Positions 25,982 through 37,533 of a DNA stretch of 64,000 nucleotides are shown here, piece by piece. The notes under the pieces are model-generated. The model saw only the letters and a program-made list of their open reading frames with translations. It searched no databases and was not told where the DNA came from. Source of the DNA: Octopus sinensis (Eukaryota). The position numbers were made by a program, and so were the translations under genes. Location of the stretch: contig NC_043002.1 of assembly GCF_006345805.1 (NCBI RefSeq), positions 3,348,001 through 3,412,000 on the forward strand. Direction: 5' to 3'. Positions within the stretch are counted from its first letter, which is position 1. Every line of letters starts with the position of its first letter.

Positions 25982-26029
25982 GTCTTACAGCTGTTTCTGG
26001 GATATTTTATATATTCCTTCATCAGAGAC
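25982..26029 (-). ncRNA. Minimal type I hammerhead ribozyme motif (Penelope-like element type)
   Basis: Minus strand reads GUCU-CUGAUGA-AGGAAUAUAUAAAAUAUCCCA-GAAA-CAGCUG-UA-AGAC: intact core, 4-bp stem I, palindromic stem III, imperfect stem II; lies next to (TA)n. Confidence 0.7.
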
Positions 26030-27239
26030 GGTGCGAGAAAATGTTTCAGTGATAGTTATTATAGAGAAGATATGAAATACAGAGTGAAGTGGAGGAATGA
26101 AAACAGATGTGTGATACGTAAGGATATTGTATCTGCAGTTCCATTATTTAAGCAGAATGGTGTATATATAAGTTTCCTGTACCTTGTAAGAAGCACCATT
26201 GAAGCATGGTCAAGACAAAGAGACACAAGCACACACCCACACATGCATATGTAATAGGCTTCTTTCAGTTTCCACTTACCAAATCTACTCAAGGCTTTGG
26301 TGGGCCTGGGCAGTTGAAGACACTTGTGCAAGGTGCCACACAGTGGGACTGAACCTGAAACCATATGGTTGGGAAGCAAATTTCTTAATCAGACAACCAC
26401 AATTGTTCCTTTTACACACACACACATTTATATAGGTTGAGTAAACTGTAAATGAAGAATTAGTAATTTACTGGTGTCGTTAACAAAAGACTTATTTATT
26501 CATTGATAATTTATTTGTAGTTTCCTGCTAACCGATCCCTATTCTTCTCCCTTGACCCTAAATTCTCCTAGATACTCCCATGGTGTATATAGCCTTATCC
26601 TAAAAGAATGTTTCTGACCCCAGCCCAGCTTGTACTGATGTTTTTGTCCCTAATCTGCAAATAATTCACTTTGAGAAATCATTGTTTTATGTAAATTATA
26701 GATCCAGCAATTCCTTGATGGTTCCCTCCATTGGTCCCTGACAGGATATGACCGTTACAACAGCACAACTACAAAAGCATTGGTCACCACAGTTGTTTGT
26801 TCTCCCTGACCTTCTAAACTAATTTCCAGGCCTACAAAATCTCATCTGGTCAATCCCACTTGTGTATTATTATCATCATAGCTTCATGCATTAACATAAC
26901 TTTTCATTTTAATACCTCATAACTCTTGCCATGACTCATCTTACAAAGACATTCAAAGGTTAGCATTTGTTTGTTCCTTACTCTACCCTTTAGCTTCTCA
27001 ACAATGGAACTCTTTACAAAGACCTAGTTGTGTTACAGGCAAAAACATGAGAAAATGTATCCATAAAAATATCAACGACAATTATTATTATTATTTATAA
27101 GCAGCAGTAGTAGCAGCAGCAGCAGCTGCAGTCGTAGTAGTAGTAGTAGTAGTAGTAGTAAACTTTCAAATAGCCTTTGATGACACAGTTCAGCTACTTT
27201 TTCAAGTATTATTTGAAAAAGGCAATGAAAAAGGCCACA

Positions 27240-27672
27240 AAGCACCATCCGTTTGTGGCCGTTGCCAGCCTCGCCTGGCCCCCGTGCCGGTGGCACATAA
27301 AAAGCACCATCCATTCGTGGCCGTTGCCAGCCTCGCCTGGCCCCCGTGCCGGTGGCACATAAAAAGCACCATCCATTCGTGGCCGTTGCCAGCCTCGCCT
27401 GGCCCCCGTGCCGGTGGCACATAAAAAGCACCATCTGTTCGTGGCCGTTGCCAGCCTCGCCTGGCCCCCGTGCCGGTGGCACATAAAAAGCACCATCCGT
27501 TCGTGGCCGTTGCCAGCCTCGCCTGGACCCCGTGCCGGTGGCACATAAAAAGCACCATCCGTTCATGGCCGTTGCCAGCCTCGCCTGGCCCCCGTGCCGG
27601 TGGCACATAAAAAGCACCATCCGATCGTGGCCGTTTTCCAGACTCCTCTGGCACGTAAAAAGCACTCACTAC
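27240..27672 (+). repeat. 62-bp minisatellite (about 7 units) derived from the GAT-tailed SINE
   Basis: Unit aaaaagcaccatccgttcgtggccgttgccagcctcgcctggcccccgtgccggtggcacat, nearly identical copies. Confidence 0.92.
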
Positions 27673-27957
27673 ATGAATGCTTATTAAAGAATCTAAAGAC
27701 CTCCTCCCCCTGTATAATTTCACCAGACAATCTGAAGAGCCCTTCCTTTGATAGTATGAACAGCCAGACCTTTATGATTGGCACAAACCATAGCACTAAT
27801 AATAATGGTTGCAGAATGATGTCTGTCTTTTATTTTTTGTCTTTTGAGAACCAATTTGGAAATCTTGTTTCCTCTCCATCTGATGTTATAATGAGTATTG
27901 AGTGATCCAAGGACACGATGACCAAGAAAGGCACAAGTGTGCCACCTTATGCGACTC

Positions 27958-28790
27958 GGTACTTTTTGGTTATCTCACCCCCGTTAAAAAAATTGGGTTA
28001 TCTCCCCACGTTTTATGAGAAATATCAGGACTTTTGGTTATCTCCCTCAACTAAAGACAATTGTTTAACCCTCTATAAAAAAAACCCCCCCCAAAAATGA
28101 AACAATGAAACCTCGTATTGAATCTAATATTTTTATAACAAATCATACACAACTGAAAAAAAAATGAGTAAACATGAAAACTGAAAAACTTAAACATCTT
28201 ATTGAATCTACTCTTTTTCAGTCATTTGACTGCGACCATGCTGGAGCATTGCCTTTAGTCAAGCAAATTGACCCCAGGGCTTATTCTTTGTAAGCCTAGT
28301 ACTTATTCTATCGGTCTCTTTTGCCGAACCGCTTAAGTTACGGGGACGTAAACACACCAGCATCGGTTGTCAAGCGATGTTGGGGGGACAAACACACACA
28401 CACAAACATATACACACACATACATACATATACATATATGTATACATATATGCGACGGGCTTTTTAGTTTCCGTCTACCAAATCCACTCACAAAGCTTTG
28501 GTCAGCCCGAGGCTATAATAGAAGACACTTGCCCAAGGTGCCACACAGTGGGACTGAACCCGGAACCATGTGGTTGGTAAGCAAGCTACTTACCACACAG
28601 CCACAACAAATCATACCATTCCTGTTGAGGGGGGCCAAAAATCAACAATGTGTTGAAGTATTGAATCAAAAGGATCTAAACCTTTTTAATCCAATCTCTT
28701 GTCACCACATAAACTCAATTTTCTAGTGGGGAGATAACTCAATTTTGTAATGGCAATTTTTTAATGGGGGTGAGATAACCAAAAAGTACC
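27958..28790. mobile_element. TIR DNA transposon derivative (Merlin-like), with a nested tRNA-SINE
   Basis: TIR GGTACTTTTTGGTTATCTCACCCCC at both ends; imperfect 8-bp flanks tgcgactc/ggctactc. Confidence 0.7.
28215..28605 (-). mobile_element. tRNA-headed SINE, same family as 21787
   Basis: Reverse complement of the family sequence, nested in the TIR element. Confidence 0.85.
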
Positions 28791-29075
28791 GGCTACTCTT
28801 GCCAGGATGTCTAAGTAATCTGTTTCACAATCCAGTGATTAAAAAGATGATTATACAATTGTTCAGGTTGATGTGTAAACAGTTTGTAAAATTGAGATAA
28901 ATACTTTGTATGGTACAATGTTCTGACTGTGCTGCTTTGGGGAGACCATTTATGAATGGGTTACATTTCAGAAACTTTAAAATATTGTAAAACTATACTA
29001 CTTTCTGCCTTGCTATATTAGCTGGAGCTTTTTGTGTTAAACTTGGCACACACACAAACACACACACATACATGC

Positions 29076-29560
29076 ATCATCATCATCATCATCATCGTTT
29101 AGCGTCCGCTTTCCATGCTAGCATGGGTTGGACGGGTCAACTGGGGTCTGTGAAGCTGGAAGGCTTCGTCAGGCCCAGTCAGATCTGGCAGTGTTTCTAC
29201 GACTGGATGCCCTTCCTAACGCCAACCACTCCGCGAGTGTAGTGGGTGTTTTTTACGTGCCACCTGCACAGGTGCCAGACAGAGCTGGCGAACAGCCACG
29301 AACGGATGGTGCTTTTACGTGTCACCGGCACGGGGCCAGGCGATGCTGGCAACGGACACGAACGGATGGTGCTTTTACGTGCCACCGACACGGGGCCAGA
29401 CAGAGCTGGCATCGGCCACGAATGGACGGTGCTTTTACGTGTCACCGGCACGGGGGCCAGCCGAGGCTGGCAACGGACGCGAACGGATGGTGCTTTTACG
29501 TGCCACCGACACGGTTGCCAGACAGGGCTGGCAAACGGCCACGAGCGGACGGTGCTTTTA
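29076..29560 (-). mobile_element. GAT-tailed SINE with about 5 internal units
   Basis: (cat)n tail, family core, diverged units of about 60 bp. Confidence 0.85.
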
Positions 29561-32500
29561 TGCATATACATACATACACATGCTAACTGTTCCTCGAGCA
29601 TTGCACATTAAATGGAAGACCAAAAATGTTCTCAGTCAAAGTAATTTGTGAGAGTAGAGCATGATATCCCATTAGATAGTACTATCCTGTTTTTATTGGA
29701 AAATTGAATTCTCTGTAAAAAATTGAATTTGAAGAATTTAGAATATGTTTGTTAGAAAAATTAGTGGAGAGTTGAAAGAAGATGGTGAAGGTGGTGACCG
29801 ATGAGAATGAATTGTATAACTATAGTTTGGTACCTCTGACCTTGATTGGCTTCTTAAAAAGTAGATTCAAGTGAAATTTTGCTGAGAAACTATTTGAAGA
29901 GTGTATATTGCAATTGTTTAAAATTTTAAAAAAATGTTTTTTGAAATTGTTGTTCTCCCTACTCTACAAATTATTTTCTATAATTCTTTAAAATGTTTTT
30001 TCATTTTCAAGAATATAAATTGGCTTCCAATGAACTAATCAATGGTTCTCTATAATTATTGGATGATGTTTGAAAGAAAAAAAAAAAAAAATTTTCTCCA
30101 AGTAAAATGAAGCAGTTCCCAGCTGATATGCCCTTCTGATACCAATCCACCTGAGACCATCCCTGGTTCTGCAATACAAGCTTTTTGTTTTAAAGCGATC
30201 TAAATGAAACCATTCCATCAATATTCCATGTTCATTTATGTTCCAAACACCAGTTTATTAATGACAGAATTATTTTACCAAATTTAATCATTAATCTCAA
30301 AATGAATTGAAACAAAGGCAGCGTTCTTCAACAGAAAATGGTAACAAAAAGAGTTAAGTAGGAAATTAGAAATACTCAGTTAATAAATGTTTTTTTTTTT
30401 ATATTTGGCTGGCAGAATTGTTAGTGTTTTAACAAATGCTTTATTAAATTTGTTGTGACTCTTCACATTCTGAGTTCAAATCCCACCAAGGTCAGCTTTG
30501 CCTTTCGTCATTTTGGAGGTCTTCATCATCATCATTTAACATCCGTTTTCCATGCTGACATGGGTTGGACAGTTTGACTGAAAACTGGTAAACCAGGGAG
30601 TTGCACCAGGTTCCGATCTGATTTGGCAAGGTTTCTACAACTGGATGCCCTTCCTAATGTCAACCACTCTGAAGGTGTAGTGGGTGGTTTTTGCATGCTA
30701 CTGGCATGGGTGCCATTGACCTGATACCAGCATTGGCCATGACAATCGTCTCACTTGACTTGACAGATCAACACAAGCACAATATATCACCATAGCCCTT
30801 GGTCACCCATCACTGTCTCCATGAGGGCCAATGCTTGAATGGTGCTTTTTAGGTGCCACCAGCATGGATGCCAGTCAGATGGCGCTGGCATTGGCCACAT
30901 GTGAATCAGGAACTAGGGTTAATGTGATCAAGTAACTCACTTCTTTAAAACCTCCGACCTTGTGTCAATATTTGAAATCCAAATTTTGTTAAGAGGAGGA
31001 GCGTATCCTGTGTGACATGTGGATGAAATAAATGTGGTTGATGTTCAGTTTGAACTTCTGTTGGAAAATTGTGGGTTGGTATGGAGATTCCAGGAAGTTC
31101 AACTCCAAGAGATGGAGGCATTGAGTGAGAGTATGACCTGTGAGTTGAGAAGAGCAGAAGCTGTTTATAGGAAAAAGAAGGGAAAGCAGTGTCTGTGTGA
31201 GTGAGCGGTTGTAGTACGGGATGTAGCGTGGTTGTGAATGAGCCATAGTGGCAGCATCAGAGATGTATCAGAAATATTTCAATAAGGGATCCGCTTGAGG
31301 ATCCCTTATTGGGCTCAGCAGCTGAAGTATTTTGCAGTCTTGGATAACACTGTAAGTGCTTGGTTTGCAGCTTTGGTAATTGTGTGTGTGTGTGTGTGTC
31401 AGAAGACACCAAAAGTAGGATTGAATCTGAAACTCTATGTTTGGGAAGCAAACTTCTTAACCACGCAGCCATTCCTGTATCCATCTAACCAAATTGTTGC
31501 CATTTATTGGGCACTGAACCTTCAACTGTTTCAATTTGGAAGATGTATAGAACTTGGTAAACTGACAATTAATAAATCTCATCAGGGTTTCCCAAGTTTA
31601 TATTTACTGAGCCATTCCCATTTCTTTCCTCTCCCTCCTCCTCACACTTCCATCTTTGTTCCATTCTCTACATTCCTCTTTACATTCTCTACATTCCTCT
31701 CTAAACATCCACCTCTAAACATTTCTCACTCTCCTCTCCCAATCTTATGAACTCATCCACCCGCCCTCCCCATTCCACTCTCCACAGTCTTCCTTGTATT
31801 TTGAGCTGACACTTTGACACCTTGTCACCACCACCTTTTTTCCAGCCACTCCTGTCCACCCTTATATAATGTAGAAGGGCAGTAACCACATGTCTCCTAT
31901 GACCTGTCAAACAAAGATGAAATCATAGTCGTAGCCAATGCTGGTGTCACACAACTGGTATCTGTGCCAGTGGCACATAAAAAGCACCTTTCAAGCATTG
32001 GACCTTATGGAGGCCCCCGACACCGAAGCCAGTGGCTCGTAAAAGCACCCATTTCACTCTCGGATTGGTTGGCGTTAGGAAGGGCATTCAGCCATAGAAA
32101 CCATGCCAAATCAGACTGGAGCCTGGTGCAGCCTTCCAGTGTGCTAGCCCTGATCAAACCATCCAACCCATGCCAGCATGGACAACACGCATTGAATGAT
32201 GATGATGATGATGATGATGATGTGCTTGTCCCTCTGTTATACTTTGGCCTCTCAGCACCTGGCATAAAGTCATTCTCCTCTCTACTACAACTCCATTCTG
32301 TGAATCTGATATGTCTTGGTTACAGTTCTGAATTGAAAGGATGGACTGAATAGGAAGTTAACAGAGCAAAAACCATTCTTTTATTAAAAGTTTTGCCAAA
32401 CAATTATCGTATATTCAAAACATTTTACACTTTGGAAGAAGGCCTGTCATACGACACCAAAATAAACCAAATTTCTTATTTTATGCTGGTTCTGGAGTTA

Positions 32501-33503
32501 AGATTGTCACAAACTATACAAATTCCTCCACAAACTTTGTTGCAGTTTCCATGTCTACTTTAAGATATTTACCCATGTATTATTTACCAAAATTCCATGT
32601 TTCCTCATGTACAAACAACCTTGTTATTAGTCACACTGTTTTATAGTTTAGTTCTCTTTTGGAGAACTCTGTCTTGCTCTTGGAAATGTTCATACCTTTG
32701 ATGTCTCTTAACTTAAACTACTCTACAAGAGTACTCTTGGAACCTTTCAATGTTTTCCAAGCCTTCAAACTTTTTTGATTTTCATTTTCAGGAAAATCTG
32801 AAAATCTTTCTTGAAGCTGGTCACAGTTGACGATCCAGTGCCACAGTTTAGGCAAAGACTTACCTAACATTTTTCTCTAATTTCTTCAATTCCATATTTT
32901 CAAGTATAGATAATGATTTATGCTTATTAGCACTGGTACCAATATTTGTACCATCTTAATCTCTTGGATGGCATCTTGAAGGGCTAAATATCAGAAATGG
33001 GCAGGACTGCATCACCAAAAAGACATTTTACTGTTGACAAAATTTAGTATTACCAACAGAAGAAGGGCTCCGTTGGTGGCCGATCAACAAAGCACTGGCT
33101 ACAAATTTAAAATGTGCCAGACAATGGCGTACCAAATAGCAGAGGTTTGGTCTTTGTCTGCCTTTTGCCATAAATTATTAGTTAAAACACGGCTGAGACT
33201 ATTGAAAGACCAATGGCTTTCATGATATCTGAAACCGACTCCACCTCGATGTTTCTGTTTCGTTGTTTTATACTCTTCCACCTCACAGTGTTGAATGGCG
33301 AAACTATTTTAGATGTCTTTTTTTTTTTCTATGAGAATTGTTAGCCTAATTATGTCTGGGCAATTATTAATAATTGCTGTATAAAGTAAGGCATTTTTAA
33401 TGATACTGAGAATTCTTAATGAAGTGAATAAGAATAGAGATAATTAACCTAGTTTTTTTGTTTCTTATTTGAAAAGATTCATTAGTTTGTAAGGTCTAGT
33501 TGC

Positions 33504-33538
<35 letters not shown>

Positions 33539-34401
33539 TCTTTCTGTTCATTGAGATTAAATGAAACATTTAATATAGAAACATTGCATGTAAAAAAAAG
33601 AGATTAATTTTGTATTGTTTCATTACTTTTGCTTTTCCTGCCATCTCTTACCTCTCTCTCTCTCTCTCTCTCCCTCTCTCTCTCTCTCCCTCTCGTTCTT
33701 CACATTCCTTTGCTACGTTTACCCACCCATACTTTCTGATCTTCTGCCCCTACTTTCTCTCTCTCTCCTATTCACCTTTTTGTACCTTGGAAGTATCCTC
33801 TGACTCTTCCTCTCCACCACTTTTACTTCCTCTTCTAGCTCCATCTCAGTTACTCCCACCCACCCTTAGATAAAACGTGTGGTAGCCTTGTATTTCTTCC
33901 GTAGCAGCAAAACCATTTCTTACCCCTCTATGATGCTTTAACTTCTCAACACACAACACAATGCCATCCTCTTCCCTGAAGGGGGGGGGTGCTGTTTTGT
34001 CTTGCAAATTATATTGTGACCTCACTAATGCTGGTGCCACAAGAAAAGTACTCAGTCCACTTTGTAAAATGGTTAGAGTTAGTTTTCACATCTGGATGCC
34101 CTTTTCTATGTCAGAAGTATATCGGAGGCACCAAAGGTCTGTGTTGGATGCACCAAACTCTGCACAGAGCATGGAAGATGGACATTAAATGACGATGAGT
34201 GTTTCAAAGAGACAAAAAAAATTGATTCTGAGCGGCTTAGGGAGAGAATTTTTCCAGTGTACACACACACACACACTCTCTCTCTCTCTCTCTTTCTTTC
34301 TCTCTCCCCCCCCCTCTCTCTCCATTTGTAAGGATTTTGGCTGACACATTTTAGTTCTCCTTCTCATTATCATTGTTTTACATCTTTTTTGTCTGTAATC
34401 G

Positions 34402-34815
34402 ATCATCATCATCATCGTTTAGCGTCCGCTTTCCATGCTAGCATGGGTTGGACGGTTCAACTGGGGTCTGGGAAGCCAGGGGCAGCACCAGGCTCCAGTC
34501 TGATCTGGCAGTGTTTCTACGGCTGGATGCCCTTCCTTATGCCAACCACTCCACGAGTGTAGTGGGTGCTTTTTACGTGCCAGATGAGGCTGGCAAACGG
34601 CCACGATCGGATGGTGCTTTTTATGTGCCACCGGCACGGGGGCCAGGCAAGGCTGGCAACGGCCATGATTGGATGGTGCTTTTTATGTGCCACCGGCATG
34701 GAGGCCGGTTGGGGTGGCGCTGGCAATAGCCACGTTCGGATGGTTCTCTTACATGCCACCGGCAGTGGTATCACAGCTACAATTTCCATTGATGTTGATC
34801 GATTTTGATTTTGAT
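34402..34815 (-). mobile_element. GAT-tailed SINE with about 3 internal units
   Basis: Same tail and core. Other copies at about 1189, 3960, 4150, 5183, 15670, 17490, 22612, 24380, 30523, 31915, 40640, 41540, 46930. Confidence 0.85.
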
Positions 34816-35699
34816 TTGGATATTTAATATAAAGTTTATAACTCAGAGAATATTGTTTACTAGATATATATTGGCATTAATAAAATAATAATAGTGATCA
34901 TTAATGAATTGTTATTATTATTATCATCATCATTATTAACTGTTAATATTTGATAAGGTAAAGATAATAATGAATTATTTTGATAAGGTTAACAATTTGG
35001 CACAAATGTTAAAGAATGAATTTAACAGTTTAAGAGTCTTAAGTTATTCCTGTCAATATTCTTTTAAATTCCATCCAAGTCAACATTCCTTTGCCCCCCC
35101 CCTTGTACCTCATTGAAAATATTCCAAGTAAAATAATCTACCGAGTAGATTACTTATATCTTGTTTATAAAAATCGGCCTTGTCCACCTCATCAAAAGGA
35201 ATCAATAATTTCTAATTAGAGAGTAACACTTGTGGGGGTGGGGGTGGGGGGTGAAGTCTTATTAATATTTCTGATATTTACTTTGCAGTGTTTCATTCTC
35301 CGGAATTGAAGTCTTTTGCTGGTTCAGTGGATATTTCAAACCTCTTTCTCATTTACAAAGTTATAATGCCATCATGTTTCAAAATCAAGTCCACACTGGA
35401 GCAGTTCCTTGTTATTTTACAGTAAAACTTATTGTTTTTAATAACTGAATGAATGGGAAAGACAAATTCATGCCTTTCTCAAGGACATTAGTGAAATTGA
35501 CCCTTTTGGTATCAATCCACCTCTGACAAAACCTGGTTCAGTGATGCACACTTCTCATTTTGAAGGGATTTTTTCTCATTTTGAAGGGATATCAATTAAA
35601 ACCATCCTCAAAATTCCATTTTAATTTATGCTTGAAACAGCAATGATAAAATTATCTCGCTAAATTTATCATTAGCTTCAAAATTTTGTTGGCATTTTG

Positions 35700-36065
35700 A
35701 ACTCTATCGGCCCCTGAACTGGATGTCTTTGCACAGTTCCAAAGGTTCTATTCCGTCCTGTTTAGAGTGAGAACCAATAACTTCGAATTCAAAGGCCTAT
35801 GGCTATTCAATATCTTGCCAAAAACATCTGAGAGATCTGCATGAAATAGGAGTGGATGTTTTCAAGAAACAACTTCAGTTGCTGTTGTCCAAGGTTGCTG
35901 GTGAAGCTACGTAAGGGCGAGAAACCCAAAAGAGTTTAGCAATCTCTAACTGCCACTTTTGCCAAAAGCCAATCCCAAAAGAATGGCCATTGAAAATGTA
36001 ATAAACACTGATGGTGCTTCAGCATGGCCACAGCTTTTGGGCTGAAGTGTATGAGAGAATAAAGG
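35700..36065 (+). mobile_element. 3' end of a CR1/L2-group LINE, nested in a decayed piggyBac-like MITE (about 35500-36115)
   Basis: Decayed FKGxxLFNILP-HLRDL...VDVFKKQL ORF2 C-terminus followed by tail ggtgcttcagcatggccacagc. Confidence 0.6.
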
Positions 36066-37169
36066 AATAAACAAAGCAGTGCATTTCAGCAGAAATATGG
36101 GAACAAAAGGGTTAATGTGATTTCAACCCTGAAGCAGACCAGGTGCAGATTCCATCGTCTATGACCTTACCATCTCTCTCCATACTTGACATATATATAT
36201 ATATATATGTTGGCCCTTATTTTATCCAGGATATCTCTTATTTATCTAGTGAATACCTAGAATAACTGCATGGCCAGCTATTTCCAACCATTTCCTTCCT
36301 CTTTTAGACTGGTCTGATGTTTGGTTAGAAGAAGAAAAAAAAATCTTATCTCAGTTATTCTATCGTCTCACTGCGACCCCCTTCTGAATATGTTTTAAGC
36401 CCAACGTAATTTGATTGATTTTAAATATCTTCGTTTAGAGTTCATGAAAAGTTGAATATTTTTGACAGTAAAAAGTTAATTATCAATTTCTACAAGCCAA
36501 TTAGTTTGTAATGAATTCCTTTCCTGACCAATTCACATCAGTGACCCAAATTCATTCCATTTATTCTGTAGGGTTTCTTTTATGCAAATTTCAGGGATTT
36601 AATCAAAGTTGGGTGTCCAGCACCATAGAATCAAGCTTTTAATTCTTGCTGTTGGTCCATGCTTCCACCACTAAACCGAACTCTGTGATTTCTAGCTTTT
36701 CTCATTATTAAATAAATCATGTTCCATTGTTTCGTCTTCAATTCCATCAATTTCCTTTGGTGCTAAAAAAATCTATTTTTATTTGCATAATTAAAAATGA
36801 ACTAAGTGAAGTAACTCACAGGACTGATAGCACAAATTTGGATAATTTAAATTAATGCGATCTTGTGATCTTTGTGTGCAGGTAAGAGATAACTATGGAC
36901 ATGTTCCAGTCTTATGGACCTCACCAGCACAGTACAATCTAATCAAGTCTGTTGATTAAATGACATATTTTTACATTTAGGGAAAGAGTTGCAAAAAACA
37001 TTTTGTCCTGTTTAGCATGAAAGAAAATATTGGCTAATGGTATGAATGGGGAATAAATAGGTTAAAGAGTGATCTATTGACTAAAGGGTGGGACTAATTC
37101 TTAATTTCTTGAAACTGTCTCTCCTTTTCTTTCTTATTAATTATTCTTACTAACCTTCTCTCTCTTTGC

Positions 37170-37533
37170 ACTCCGTCGGTTATGATGATGAGGGTTCTGG
37201 TTGATCCGAATCAATGGAACAGCCTGCTCGTGAAATCAACGTGTAAGTGGCTGAGCACTCCACAGACACGTGCACCCTTAACGTAGGTCTCAGGGATATT
37301 CAGCGTGACACAGAGAGTGACAAGGCCGGCCCCTTGAAATACAGGTACAACAGAAAGAGGAAGTAAGAGTGAGAGAAAGTTGTGGTGAAAGAGTACAGCA
37401 GGGATCACCACCATCCCCTGCCGGAGCCTCGTGGAGCTTTTAGGTGTTTTCGCTCAATAAACACTCACAACGCCCGGTCTGGGAATCGAAACTGCGAGTC
37501 CGCTGCCCTAACCACTGGGCCATTGCGCCTCCA
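37170..37533 (-). mobile_element. tRNA-headed SINE (ggaggcgcaatggcccagtggttagg head)
   Basis: A/B boxes on minus strand; 3' half shared with the + strand copy at about 38790-39105. Confidence 0.78.

Noticed and set aside
27240-27672. CRISPR-like regular array
   Set aside because: Units are contiguous with no unique spacers, no cas genes, eukaryotic context.
35289-35310. Acceptor-like sites at 35288 and 23223
   Set aside because: Required phase 0 reading hits a stop at once and no donor follows.
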